Below are positions 26,223 to 39,300 of a stretch of DNA of 64,000 nucleotides, one piece after another. How positions within the stretch are numbered: the stretch's first letter is position 1; every line of letters begins with the position of its first letter. The stretch is from Flectonema sp. DT1601 (Eukaryota). The notes beneath the pieces were generated by a model. The model was not told the DNA's origin. It did not search any database and worked only from the letters and a program-made list of their open reading frames with translations. The position numbers and the translations under genes are program-made. The DNA is taken from positions 744,001 through 808,000 of the forward strand of contig OZ025797.1 in assembly GCA_964019425.1 (NCBI GenBank), written 5' to 3'.

Positions 26223-27949
26223 ATATGTTTTTTCATTTCTCCGGATTTATTTATTGGGGAACCCCGCTAATACGTATTTACGGGCAATTGTTGCTCTGCA
26301 AAAACGTGTTTTTTTTTCTCCCTATCCCCCCGTATTTCTTATTCCTCTTTTAACTTTTCATTTCTGATCCTTAAATGCTGCTGTTGGATTTGAAGAAGAA
26401 TTTAGAAAAGAAAAAGTCAAGCGTTAGCCTCTATTTTATTGGGAGGCAGAGTCAAAATCTTTATTCCAAATTCCCAAAGGAACCTCATAGAGATGAACTC
26501 TGTTTGAAATTTTTCTTGTTCTTCTTCTGCTAAGTCCGTCCTTTCTATTCTTCTAAGGAATGATCCGATTTTTAAAAACTTTTTTTTGCACCAGCAAATG
26601 GGCTCTTTTTAATTTTCTTTTTAGCAAGTAAACGTTTGACTCATCTGATGAGTAATGCTGCTGCGTTTTGAGAAAAAGTTTGAACTTGTGCAACAGAAGC
26701 GATTTCTTGTCGCTTAATCTTCCAGCGTTATTGTGCTGCTGGACGGTATACGGTTCTTCGTTGCTGTATTTTATTTATTTCGGCATGTTCTCTGGCAAAA
26801 GGTATCTTTTTTGTGTACATATTGTGTGGAGTGTTGCCAGTTCCTTTCCCATTTTGATTATCACCCCCGGTCTGGGCAAGAATGGGAGACTCCGTGCTAC
26901 CCACCGTAGAAGTGGACTTCCAAGGGTCAATAGTAGCTAAAAAACGGCGGCTAATCCGCGTGGTGTCCTCTCTTGTGTGAATTATGAGGATGTTCTGCTC
27001 CCTTTTTAGTTTTGGAGCGGCATGACCGAAGACAAACTTTCTTTTCCCTCTTTTATTTTCAGTCCCGTCGCCTTCGGGGAGTTTAATTATAGTGACTAAC
27101 CAGTAGGGCGTTTTGATTTACATTTGTGACAGCTGGGGGGGAGTTGAGTAGCGAGGGAATGGCACTATGCCACTTACCAGTTGTTGACCGTTTATGTGAG
27201 TTTTCTTTTTAGGGTTTTGTTAGTAGTAAGATGTGCTACGTTTATTTATTTCACAACGTGTTTGCCATCTTGAACTACTTTTAACACAGTTCTCGTATCA
27301 GGTATAAACGGCGAAGGCCGTCCCTTAACAGATAATCCTTTCGTCAAATCCCCCCTCCACGAACCAGCGTATTTTTGTCTTGTTATTTTTCTTTTTCTTT
27401 TTTTATCTCACCTGTTTCTACCCAGAAGTTTTTATTAAGTTCAATATTTTCAAGCAGTAACGACCTGCATGGGATGTTCAACCTGTAATGCGTGGTCCCT
27501 GGGTCAGTTTGACTTGACAACATTTCTTTTCTGGTAGTTTATTTGAGCATGCGATTTTGTGCGGACGGAACTCAGCTATGATGACTCATGTCTAATTAGT
27601 TGCGTGTTAACCTTAACCTTGATTTATTTATCCAAGTCCCCTCCCTGTTGTTGGCTATATTTATGAGTTTTATAAAAAACTGTTATGGTAACATAAGCAA
27701 GTATGTTCACGTGGCCTCCAGTGGCATTATTTATTTATTTATTTGCAGTCATTTACTACGCCGCCGCTGACAGTCAAAGATTGTCGGAGAAATTGTTGTT
27801 CCTTTGAGCTTGATAATGTATCAATTTACCCTCTACCTTTTTTTTTTTCTTTTTTTCTTCTTTGATGAAATCAAGTATTCATTCAAACGGCTGAAACCCT
27901 TCAATTGTAGAATAGCATTCTCTTTTTTCAGGCATGTACCATTCCAACA

Positions 27950-29990
27950 ATGGAAGGGTACACACCAATTCGTTACATAGACAAGGAGAGGGGTCCTGGC
28001 AACCAAGGTATCATGCTGGCTGAGAGTGATAGTGACAAGAAGAAATATTTAATAAAGAAGGTTGACTTGGCATTGCTGTCGTCAGATGATCGTAGGAAAA
28101 GTATACAAGAGTGTAAGCTGTTAGTAGCACTTAGACATCCTAATATTGTGAAGTACATTGAATCAAAAACTACAACAAAATGTCAATTTATCGTAATGGA
28201 GTACACTGAGGGAGGTACTTTGGAACAGTACATCGCATCCCGCAGAAAAGCAGGAGCTGGACCCTTTACAGAGAATCAAATCCTTAGATGGACAGGTCAA
28301 CTAGCATCAGCTGTTCAGTATTGTCACAACAATAATGTCCTTCATAGAGATATAACTTCAGCCAATTGTTATTTATCTTTAGATAAACAAGATCTTTTAC
28401 TTGGTGACTTTGGTGTTGCCAAAGTATTGTCTCACACGATGGCGGTCGCACGGACAATAATTGGGTCGCCTTGCAACATGTCCCCGGAAGTCATAAGTGG
28501 AATTGCCTATAATCAGGTGTCTGATATTTGGAGTATTGGATGCCTCATATTTGAAATGGCCAGTCTTCGCCGTCCTTTCAATTCTTTGAATTTGAATCAA
28601 CTTGTTAAACAAGTAACCATTGACGCTCCTCCTCCTCCTCCATCATTCTGCAGCCCGTTTTTACAAAAGCTTATTTCATCGCTGCTTCAGAAAGACACTT
28701 CAAGACGACTAAAGCTCACGGAGTTACTCGCTGCACAAGAAATCCAACGAGCGACTTCAAATAAAATGTCTTCTGATCCTCTCGCCAAGGCGACATGGAC
28801 TTCAACACCTACAACAGAAGAAGATATGGGAAGTTGGCTTGAAAGTCATTATACATCTCTAGCATGCATCCAGTCGTACTTGGAATTGACTAGAAAAGAT
28901 GATGAAAATTACGTTCGAGCTCAAATGCAACGGGCCAAGCCCCGAACTCCCGACATCAATCAGGACAGACTACGACGGGTTCAGTCTTCACCAGTTGGAG
29001 CCATGCGCAAGAAAGTTTCCGAAAGACACTTACAACAACAGCAACAACAACAACAGCAACAGCAACAACAGCCACCACCTCAGCCACTTAATCCCAAGCA
29101 GGCCCGCGAACAGCGTGCTGAAGAATTAAATCAAAAGCGGGCCCGTCTTGTAGAAGAACGTGAGGCTCGACGGCTCGCCCAAGAGCACCAAGAGAAAGAA
29201 AAAGAAAAAGACAGGCGCTCTAACGCAGAAGAACGCCGCAAAGCCAGCGATGCTCGGAAAAGCAACCAACCTAGCACACAAGCTGCTAAAGAGGCTGTCG
29301 AACTTGCTGAAAAGAAGAAACGAATTCTAAAAGAGCGCGAAGACAAGAAACAACGAGAAGAAGCTGCGCTGCAACGCGCCGCCCTCGAGAGGAGGCAGAA
29401 CGCTGATTGTCGGAAGAAAGCTTCTGAACTTCGCCGTGCTGAGAAAAAGGTACCTGAGAGAGATGCAGAGGTATGTAATAAATAGGAGTTTACCTGTGAT
29501 CAAGAGTGACATTAGATAATTATCTTCAACTAAAACAAACAGGTGAAGGGTCTCGCATCCACATACAAAGGCCCAGCTACCTCTTCAGCAATGAAGAATG
29601 ACACACCACTCAGTGTATGTTTTGTGGGTTGGTTCAGTACGCTGATTAACTGTTTTCTAATACTCAAACTCAAAACAGGGATCCCTCCGATTAGGATATA
29701 GCGGTAAGGACACACCTCCATTGGTAAATCTAAAAGAGAGAAGGGGTAATTCTGGAGGAGGATCGCGAATTCGGGCAAAGAGCGAACCTTTTGCGAAACC
29801 GAAACCTGTCGAAAGTGGTAACGAGAATGTTCAACCAGCTGATCTCGATGACAGACGTGCCGCACGTAAACAAGCGCAGGACGCATTCCGACAGAAATTG
29901 GCGCAGGATAGGCAGCGGGCGATGGATTTGAAGAAGTGCGCTGAACAAAAGGATGCAATTGAAATCTGTCTGCCGAAGAACCTGCGGTAG
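27950..29990 (+). CDS. NEK (NIMA-related) Ser/Thr kinase with coiled-coil tail; introns 29471-29542 and 29615-29678
   Basis: HPNIVKY, HRD, LGDFGVAKVL, ARTIIGSP..MSPE, Y...SDIWSIGC. Phase-0 introns give 634 aa. Contains a polyQ tract. Confidence 0.9.
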
Positions 29991-30783
29991 TAACATAACA
30001 TTTCAGTGATCCCAATATCGATGGGAACTTATGCGTTCTTCACCATATCACGTTTTGTTATGTTTGTGCAATTCTTTTCCACCCTCCTATCCCCAATTAA
30101 TATTATTTAAAATGTTGCTGGACAGTCATGCAAACATGTGTATGTTAGAATGCCGTTTTTTCTTCTTCTTTTCTTTTATTTTTTTTTTGTGTGTAAAAAA
30201 AGGAAGGAAAAAAAAAAGAGGTCTCAAATATCTCTTTATATGTTTACACAGCGGAGGAAATCATTTAGATGGATGTCATCTTTATTGTCCCAGACGGTGT
30301 CATATGATTCTCATTTCCCATTTCTTGGTTTATTGTTTGTCATATGGCGCTCACTTTTCGTGCTCACCAATTTCAGAACTGGAATTGAAAATAACTTCGT
30401 GGCTCACGGGCTCACCGAATACCATCTACATGTTTGTATTATTAATTATTTAAGAAACGATTTGATTGTGAAGCTTCCACTGCGCACTGAGGCAAACCCT
30501 TTCCTTTTTCACTTCCTTTTTTTACAATTATTTTTATTTATTTATTTATTTATTTGTCTTTTCTTGTAGGGTTTCGTTTTGTACGAGCAAGTCCCATAAT
30601 CGAAGTGGGAGTGCAAAAAGAATTTTTAGTTAGAAATATTTTCCCATAGTTTTGGATACTATGGTTTCGAATGTGATTGAAACTTTACTTTTTTTTACAG
30701 AAAAGCATAATACAAACAAGTTGATTCTTAAATCTTTCTACTGTTATTACGCTGTTTCGACATTTATTCTACAGGTCAAGAAA

Positions 30784-32004
30784 ATGGATCACCCGCATTG
30801 CTTGGGACGCAGGAATTTTCCGGGTCTGCAGGGTACCGAAAGAGTCTGGCCTTTTATGGAAGAAAAACCAGCAAGAGTACTGGAAGATGTGAACGATTTT
30901 ATAAACGTTTTGATGTACGGAAATCACATGAATACCATCACAGTGTTATCTGGCGGAATAAAAAAACTTGGTCAACAAGATGGATTACCAGAAGGCCTGG
31001 CTCGAGGACTTCGAAAGAGCCAACGGGTGCGAGACTTACTAGATAATTGCTCAAATAGTTTCCTTGAAACTACTAAGGGGAGGGTCTGGCAATACAACGA
31101 AGCCGGTCGCGAAAGTGAAATAAAATCTGCGGACAAACTCGAGAATCTGATCGAAATTCGCGAAGCTCTCCTATCCGAAGAAGAGGCGGGTAAATATAGT
31201 AGAAGTGTTCCTCTATACATTTCAGAAGTACGAAATTCTAAAAAGAAAACGCACCCTATAACAGGAGAGATGGTGAAAACTGCAACACAAATAGACGTTC
31301 GTGATGTTGTTTCTCAAGCTACCCTCGTTCCATTTTGGGAACGAGGCGAAGGAGGAATTTTTATTGGAGAGCGTGGTGCAGGTTCAGGACTCCATGTTGA
31401 CCAGTGCCTCTGGTCCAATGTTGGTAAACAGTGGCATGGGTATAAACTTGTGGCACTATGGCCTTGGGAAGAGCGAATTAACATTTTAGAGGATGCAAAA
31501 CGAGGATCGATCTTCCATTTTCCACTGTCACAGGAAAATATCGATCACCTCAGTCGGGCAGCCGTAGTGGCGCTGATTAAACCTGGTGATGTGTTTATCT
31601 TTTCAGGCGCTATTCCCCATATGGCAATGTGCATCGGTGACGAGATAAACGTAACGGCGTACGAGTCATTTGTTCCTCTAAATGTCGAAGCAGTTACAAC
31701 CTTGTCTTTGACTAATAGTAAGGATCATTTTAAACGTTGTTGGATGGATGATGACGACCTGGATGAGATTTTTGAAGACGTTGTCGATGCCATTGCTGGA
31801 AATATAGACGACGACCGAATTGACCCTGATACACACAAAGACCTGAAACGTTGCGAAGAAGTGATGATAGAACACGGTGACTCTTATTGCCGCCGACTGT
31901 GGAACCGGGAGAATGCAAGAAGAAAGCGTGCTGCCGGAAAACCTCTCGTTCATCGTCATGCTGAACTTACCTTACCAATAAAGCGTCACAAGAGCAGGGC
32001 ATGA
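30784..32004 (+). CDS. JmjC-domain 2-oxoglutarate/Fe(II) oxygenase
   Basis: FIGERGAGSGLHVD...W.GYK...KPGDVFIF....PH gives the HxD...H triad; first in-frame ATG at 30784. Confidence 0.8.
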   Translation: MDHPHCLGRRNFPGLQGTERVWPFMEEKPARVLEDVNDFINVLMYGNHMNTITVLSGGIKKLGQQDGLPEGLARGLRKSQRVRDLLDNCSNSFLETTKGRVWQYNEAGRESEIKSADKLENLIEIREALLSEEEAGKYSRSVPLYISEVRNSKKKTHPITGEMVKTATQIDVRDVVSQATLVPFWERGEGGIFIGERGAGSGLHVDQCLWSNVGKQWHGYKLVALWPWEERINILEDAKRGSIFHFPLSQENIDHLSRAAVVALIKPGDVFIFSGAIPHMAMCIGDEINVTAYESFVPLNVEAVTTLSLTNSKDHFKRCWMDDDDLDEIFEDVVDAIAGNIDDDRIDPDTHKDLKRCEEVMIEHGDSYCRRLWNRENARRKRAAGKPLVHRHAELTLPIKRHKSRA

Positions 32005-33295
32005 ATTAAGTGAACTGTTTCATTCACGCAGTTACCACCGAATCTTTCAGAGAGGGCTTCGCATTGTTTCGCTGCTTGACATTTATGCTTTCCACAGTAT
32101 TGACTGTAGAGATCTGTTATATCCGATACTCACCAGCAGGTTGCTCATTTTATTTCTGTGCAATTCTTGTGAAAGGGTGAGATCTTTATTTTTTCATTTT
32201 ATCCTTCTATTAGAATGTTCTTTATTTCCCCGTTTTTTGTTTTCAGTTGTGCTGTGTGTTCTGAAAACATGAGCATCTTCATAGGCATAGAAACACGTGT
32301 GCAGTTCAAAGGATGTCGTTTGATTGCCGTGTTTATTCTCGAAGCCTAATTACGTTCATGATGTAACACAATATCAATCTTTTAAAGAGAAGAAACTTCG
32401 TGAAACACAGTAGGGATGCTTCCCAGCATTGTCTTTTGCAATACTTTTGAGGTTCTGATTGTTAGCGGTGTTCCCATTGCAAGATTAGAGGGATCATATT
32501 CAAAGGGATTTGCAAGGCGAAGCATTGACTCAAATGTGTTTCGTTTTTTGTGATTTGATCCACAAAAGGTGTCGTAATAGAGGAACACGAGATAGCACAA
32601 AAGACAGAAAATCATTCTATTTGTCAGGGCAGAAAAAAAAATATGTGAACGGCTGTCAAAGAATGCAAGGTTTTTTGTGCAATATGCTGAGCATGTGTAA
32701 CCCTTTTGGCTTCAATACAGTTTTCACATGTGCGTTAGTTGAGATCATTTATGTGGAATTTTGTTGACAGCTTAGGTTCTTCTGTAAGGCTGGTGATTAC
32801 TCTTGGGAAAGGGAATTGACTGCAGACATTTAACACTCCATGTGACCGAACACACGTTGTCTACACAAATAGATTCCGTTAAGAGTTTGTCCCAGGGCAT
32901 CAAGAACATTGATATGCTTGCGGAAACATCTGTCTTTCCTTTCTTTTCTTTAAGTCTCAGCAAACTCCTCTTTAACAAATGGGGAGTCACCAGCAACAAC
33001 TGCTGCAATGGTGTTCATAATTTCTGGTGCAAGCTGAAACCTACAGCGTGTGAAAAAGTAAAAAAGGCTTTGGTAAGGATATTCGGGCTCAATAGCCGCC
33101 ACACAGAAGAGTGATGAGTAAATCAGCGGCAACGATGAGGCCCAGGGTATATGGATTACTCTCGAAGACCGAGCAGAAATAATTCCGACAATGAAGTGTC
33201 AAGATATTTGACAACTAAGTTGGAGGATGTGACCGCGTCAATGATAGAACTGTGTGATCTTGAAACATGTAAATGCCATGTTTCAAGATCATTGG

Positions 33296-34110
33296 CGCCC
33301 TCCAAATTTGGAGGGCGCCTGGTGAAAATCAGCCACAAAAATTTGTAGGGCCAAAATAGGGCGCGTAGAGCGCTTTTTTAATTAACCCTTTAATAAGACT
33401 GTTTTTGAAGAAAAATCGAAAAAATTGACAAAGGAGAAAAGGGGTGTGGGGAAAAATACAAAAAAATTACAGGGTGAATGACACCCCCCCGTTAACCTTG
33501 ATTTATTTATCCAAGTCCCCCCGCGCATTGAAAAAAAACTGAGGTCAGCCCATAAGGGGGCCAAAATAACTTGAGAAAATGCAACAACAGCCTAAAAAAA
33601 CACTGTTTAGGACCCCTGGGTTCACTTTGATATTAGCAATGTTGTAGGAGTAGAGTGCTTCCGTTTCATGTTTTTCGGTGGGATATGATTGTGTGTAGCA
33701 AAGGTATGGTTGTTGCAAACAGGGGCTGAATACTTGTCAATATTTTCGTGATATTGTTCGAAGCAGGGATCCATGCATAAGAAAACCTCGCTTTTTGAAC
33801 AAGAAATCGATGACCTTACTTTTTTTGAGAACAAATCTGTAAACTGCAGTCCCCAAAAATACCGAATTTTCGTAGGTAGTGACATTTTGTGTGAGTTTGG
33901 TGTGTTCCGTGATCAATAAGTTGAGAACATAGCCTCTTTTTGAACTGAGCATATGTCCCGACGTCTTTTTCAGACTTCTTTTGGAGGGTGAAAACATTGA
34001 AGATAGAAATCTCTAACAAGTAGTGAAAGACTTTCAGGGTCCAGCGTTTTGTCATAACCCTATAAATATTATTTTGGAGGGCGAAAAAAAGGGTGTCACG
34101 GGTTCGAACC
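33296..34110. mobile_element. Fragment of the 15601 MITE family interrupted by a piggyBac remnant
   Basis: 33296-33385 matches the reverse complement of ~16225-16360; 34061-34110 matches 15661-15683 plus 15809-15835. Confidence 0.8.
33386..34055 (-). mobile_element. piggyBac 3'-end remnant
   Basis: TTAA|CCC terminus at 33382-33388; frameshifted transposase C-terminus (KRWTLKVFHYLL; C...VFLCMDPCFEQYH) homologous to that of the 8686 element. Confidence 0.8.
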
Positions 34111-34111
34111 T

Positions 34112-34918
34112 GTGGACTTGTCTTCCTTGAGTGAAGTTACGCGCATTGGCTATGGCTTTACTAGTAACTGTGAGTCCCTCACCTCCATCGATGTTTCAGG
34201 TTTTCAGAAACTGACTACAATAGAAAATGGATTCTTAGAAAACTCAAAGTCTCTGACTAGCGTGGATTTGTCTTCCTTGAGTGAAGTTGCGAACATTGGC
34301 TATAACTTTACTAGTAACTGTGAGTCCCTCACCTCCATCGATGTTTCAGGTTTTCAGAAACTGACTACAATAGAAAATGGATTCTTAGAAAACTCAAAGT
34401 CTCTGACTAGCGTGGACTTGTCTTCCTTGAGTGAAGTTGCGAACATTGGCTATAACTTTACTAGTAACTGTGAGTCCCTCACCTCCATCGATGTTTCAGG
34501 TTTTCAGAAACTGACTACAATAGAAAATGGATTCTTAGAAAACTCAAAGTCTCTGACTAGCGTGGACTTGTCTTCCTTGAGTGAAGTTGCGAACATTGGC
34601 TATAACTTTACTAGTAACTGTGAGTCCCTCACCTCCATCGATGTTTCAGGTTTTCAGAAACTGACTACAATAGAAAATGGATTCTTAGAAAACTCAAAGT
34701 CTCTGACTAGCGTGGACTTGTCTTCCTTGAGTGAAGTTGCGAACATTGGCTATAACTTTACTAGTAACTGTGAGTCCCTCACCTCCATCGATGTTTCAGG
34801 TTTTCAGAAACTGACTGCCATAGGAGGTGCATTCTTGGCAAATTCAAAGTTTCTGACTACGAGACGAGGTGATGAGATGATTCCTGAGATCGGTTCCTCT
34901 AAATTCGAACCAATCTAA
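34112..34918 (+). pseudogene. BspA-like leucine-rich-repeat fragment, five 150-bp (2x25 aa) units, no ATG
   Basis: Units start at 34112, 34262, 34412, 34562 and 34712; pattern LTSIDVSGFQKLTTIENGFLENSKSLTSVDLSSLSEVANIGYNF. Confidence 0.75.
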
Positions 34919-35454
34919 AGTTTTACACTGTCACCAACCCCGTACCTACTGACAAGCTCTACAAAACCCACAGCTTTTGGGAAACAATAGTTCCGAGATT
35001 AAGGCGGGGGGCGCAGGGACGGGTGGAGAAGTTCTCTGCCTCGTACTTTCAGTCCTAGCTACTTCGCCAAGTGACGAATCGGAGCACACTGACGATGGAT
35101 TAACAAATACTGTTGCATCAGAACTGTGGACCAACATATTTCCCAAGTTGATTTTGGCCAGCTTTAGCAAATGGAAAATTTACCATTTAATAAAAACTAT
35201 TGCGGCGCAACACTTAAGGAACATAAAAGACATCGCAATAATACCTCTCCCGTGAAATCGTTGTACTCAGAAATGCAAAATTTTCACTTAGCAAAAATAA
35301 TTTTTTTTTTCAGACTGATATATCAGCTCCAGTTAATTTAAATATAAGTTTTCTTGTGATGAAGGCAGGGGTGTGAGAACTGATAAAGGGATAGAAATAT
35401 TTGATATCGTCAGAAAACTAATAGAGACATTGGCTTATATAAATAAAAAGAAAC

Positions 35455-35619
35455 ACCGCTCTTCTTACGTCCTCAGGCGGGGCCTACCTATGTTTCCTGT
35501 GTTTTCCAATTGTCAGACTTAAATTAAAAGAAAGTATAAAAGAAAGACAAACCATAGAAGTGAAAAGAACAAAAACAAAGAATCTGGAAGCACAGACGTG
35601 TAACCAAAAAAAAAAAAAA
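35455..35619 (+). mobile_element. Severely 5'-truncated copy (3' UTR + polyA) of the LINE at 50356-55617
   Basis: Aligns to 55444-55617; TSD AAAAAGAAAC at 35445-35454 and 35620-35629. Confidence 0.9.
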
Positions 35620-35629
35620 AAAAAGAAAC

Positions 35630-35715
35630 GGCGATTATGTGGCTACATAGCTCAATTGATAGAACGCCGGTCTGCAATGGCGGAGGGTTCAAAAACCCAC
35701 CGACGGCGGTTTTTG
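35630..35715 (+). ncRNA. tRNA-like Pol III head (possible SINE head or pseudo-tRNA)
   Basis: GGCTACATAGCTCAATTGATAGAACG (A-box/D-arm pattern), GGTTCAAAAACCC (degenerate B-box), then TTTTT. Confidence 0.6.
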
Positions 35716-36316
35716 TTTGGTGCTCAGTTTCGGTGGCAAATTACCTAAATGGAATTTTGTGGGTAACCCAGTGGTCTTTGGCCACCGTCTCCGTATTGAT
35801 CATTTGCTTTGTACTTACAGTGTCGTGAGCCCTTCCTGTCCGGGGAAGTCCTCCAACGGACCCACAACAGTTGCACTCGTCGTTGCTTATTTACTTAGTT
35901 AAATAATAAGAAGAGCGAGTATGCTCAGAAAGAATAAAAACAAAGTAGAAAGACAGGGGTTAACTGTTTGATTTTGTACGTAAAATACAAATGTTTTGTA
36001 TCATAAAAAACATAACGATAATTTAACATTAGTTCTGAGATACAGTGACTAGGTGTGATGCTTAACTTAGCCTTTTAAAGTAACTATTAGGTTTCGAGGG
36101 TAATCCATATACCTCTTACCTCTATTCTCTCATCATCAGTATGGTGTAGAAGTAAGTCAATCATCTGTTGTGACTGAAGCATCTTAGTTAGCAAGGCTAG
36201 GATGTAGTTACTTTGTTATAATGTTTATAAAAAAAACATTCTTCTTGTCATTACTAGTTCGTAGCGCACTACTAGTGGAGCACTCTTCTACAATAAGTGT
36301 AGAAAGTATAAGATGA

Positions 36317-39300
36317 TTAATTATCAAGATCTGATGCATAATCTGATACATCTTCAAAATCATGTAAAACAGGAGTCGAAGGAGTATCTAAGATGTTCGT
36401 AACGTTCTCTTTATCTTCACTTTTAGGTGTGTTGATATCTTCTTGTTTGGCTCGTTTCTTTCGTACATCTTTTCTTAGTAGCGGCTGCATAGGGCTTTCA
36501 GAATTTAATCTCTTTGTATATTTCGACTTCTCCTTCTTTTTTGCTGAAGCGACTAGCATCTTATTAACCTCAACTTTGATCTTGCGTTTACTTTTAGATC
36601 CGTTCTTATTCTCTAACTTTTTTCTCTTGTCCTTGTCCATGTATCCATTAAATTCGATTATTGGAATCGGGCTTTCAGAATTTAATCTTTTGCGGGTATC
36701 TCTTTTTGGTGTAGATAGTGTACTATCCTCTTTCTCAAGAATTTGTGTTACTAGTTTTGCACCTCTTTTGATAGACCGCATGTTTAGTTTCTTCTTCTCC
36801 TTGATGACCATTGTGACCTTGTTGGGGCCATCACTGTTGTTAACTTCATACGTTGTATTATCATGATCCATGTAATATGGAAAGTCCTTTGAGGCTCTGA
36901 ATATTGCGCATATGTGGACATGATCAATAATTGATTTTTTAGTCTTGAAGCAATATTTACATTTCCTCTTGATATGCGTTGTATCTTTGGGGTTGTATCT
37001 TTAGGATGGTTCTGACGAGGATGTTGTCGTTGGCACGTCGGTCATTGAGTTCTCAACTATTGTATTAACTTCTGTTGCCTTTTCTAGTTCAACATGCGAC
37101 GTTGTCTCATCTTTCTTACTTCCGGTTTCATCTTTAAGTTGGGGAAGTGTCTTACTAGATTCTTCATTGATAGGTTCCGATGTTTTATCCTTAATCTGCG
37201 TATGTGGTTGCGTAATGACTTTAATTTTAGGGATAATTGACTCGTGAGATCCATTATTGAAAGCTTTCTTTTTGGATTGCTTCATAGCATGTTTATGAGA
37301 CAGTATATTGGACTTTTTGTTACGTTTTGAACAAGGTTCAAGGGTATCACTTAAACTTTCCGGCATTGAAGTTACGGGGTTCATACTATCTTCTGTGTCT
37401 ATGACAACAGTGTTATTTCGTGCTGCTGTTTTCGGGGTTGTAACTTTTAACGATGGTGCAGTGTATGTTGTAACAATCTTGTTAGGTTGCCTATTCATTG
37501 CTAAATCATAAATAAGCTCCCGATTGTGTCCATTCCAACAAGTTAGTGGTTCTTGTGGGACAGTCTTGTTGGTTGTCGGGGTTTTGATTTTGCCTCCCGA
37601 CTTTTGTTTTACCGGTGTTTCAAGTCGATGTTCAGGTGTTTCTAAACGGTGGTGATATAGCCTCAGTCGCAAAGAGGCTATTGTTTCTGACCTCCATATG
37701 AACATTAGTTTGTAGTGGTGAAGCAAGTTCGTTTGCGTTGATACTGTTGTTGTCGATAACTATAGGCATATGAATACCAGTCTGCGGTGGTGAAATATAC
37801 TCGAATGTCTCGAGACTGTTGTTGTTAATTACCGTATGAACACCCGTATGTGGTGGTGCAATAGGCTCAATTACGTTGAGATCATTGTTATTGATCAACA
37901 TATGTACATCCGTTTGTGGTGGTGATATCTCGTTGTAGCTATTGTTATCGACATCGGTAAGGCAAGTTTTATGAATTGAGTCGTTACTCTTTTTCTTGGC
38001 ACTTATAAGGGTATCCACATGTGGTGGTGGGATGATGTCAATATCATATAGACTTCTGTTATTGACGGCAATCACCGTGTCAATATCAATATCCATCCGA
38101 GTTGGTGAAGTAACATCTGTTGGGCTCTTAGTATCATGGGTAGTTGGCGGTGAGATGGCAACAATGCTGTCCCCGTTGTGATAGACTTGTGGGGGTGAGA
38201 TGGCAGCAATTGTATTTACTTTGTATATTCTCGGGGGTGATACCGCCATGACTTGACACCCAGATGAGCTGTGATATAGGTTACGAAAGTTTGGGATGGT
38301 TGGTATAATCTGCGGTGTTGCAATTATAAGTGTTGTATTTTCGTAATTAAATTGTGTATCCGTATTATAAAGTGGACCAGTTAGAATAGTGGTCATTGGT
38401 GATTCCATATGTACATCGGTATTTGATGTAGCATATTCCATATGACATAAGTTAGTATTCTGATTGGTGTTCAAGATATGATTGGGAAACTTAGTGAGCT
38501 TTGTGGTTCCACTTACAAAATCATTTGACTTTTGATCTTCAGAAGTTATGTAATCAGTGATGTCGAAGTGAGTATTGGGTTTAGAAGCCTTGTTAGCAAC
38601 AACTATTGCTTCCTTATCGTCCAAATCCACATCTTGCTGACCTATTTTTGGATCTAGGTGTGTATCTATCTCTGGGTTTTGAATGACTTCCTTTGGATCT
38701 TGGGTGACTTTCTTTGGATCTTGAATGACTTCCTTTGGTTCTTGAATGACTCCCTTTGGTTCTTGAATGACTTCCTTTGGTTCTTGAATGACTTCCTTTG
38801 GTTCTTGAATGACTTTCTTTGGTTCTTGAATGACTTCCTTCGGTTCTTGAATGGCTTTCTTTGGTTCTTGAATGACTTCCTTATGAGTAGTATTTTCATT
38901 CGAAGATCTCAAATCCAATGGATCTGCAGCTTTAGCTGTTGTAGAGATATCATCCTCTTCAAATTTCTGTAACATCTCGTATAACAGTGCTGTGTCATCG
39001 TTATCATTCGTCTTTTGACTAAGAGTATCTTTCTCTTGTTTGTTTTCCATGTGGGGCTCCATTGTTGGATAGTCGAGGTTCGGAAATTGGGGTTTCTCCA
39101 TGATTGTTTTTTGCAGGGCAGAATGCGAAGTGATAGTCAAATGTTTCATAACTTGGAGTGTGTTGAATGATATCATATCCTGTATACTCTGTATCTTTTC
39201 CGATAAATAAGATATAGTGAGTGTATGCTAATCTACGTGTAATTATAATGAATGGAAAGTGTTTTAGGTTTTGTTCTTTGAGTATATTGTTGACTTTATC

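Noticed and set aside
26230..27350. Decayed retroelement or hammerhead ribozyme (CTGATGAG at ~26645)
   Set aside because: No recognisable protein motif, and I could not build the hammerhead stems.
32380..33290. Short ORF fragments as a gene or transposase
   Set aside because: No interpretable motifs or consistent splice pattern.
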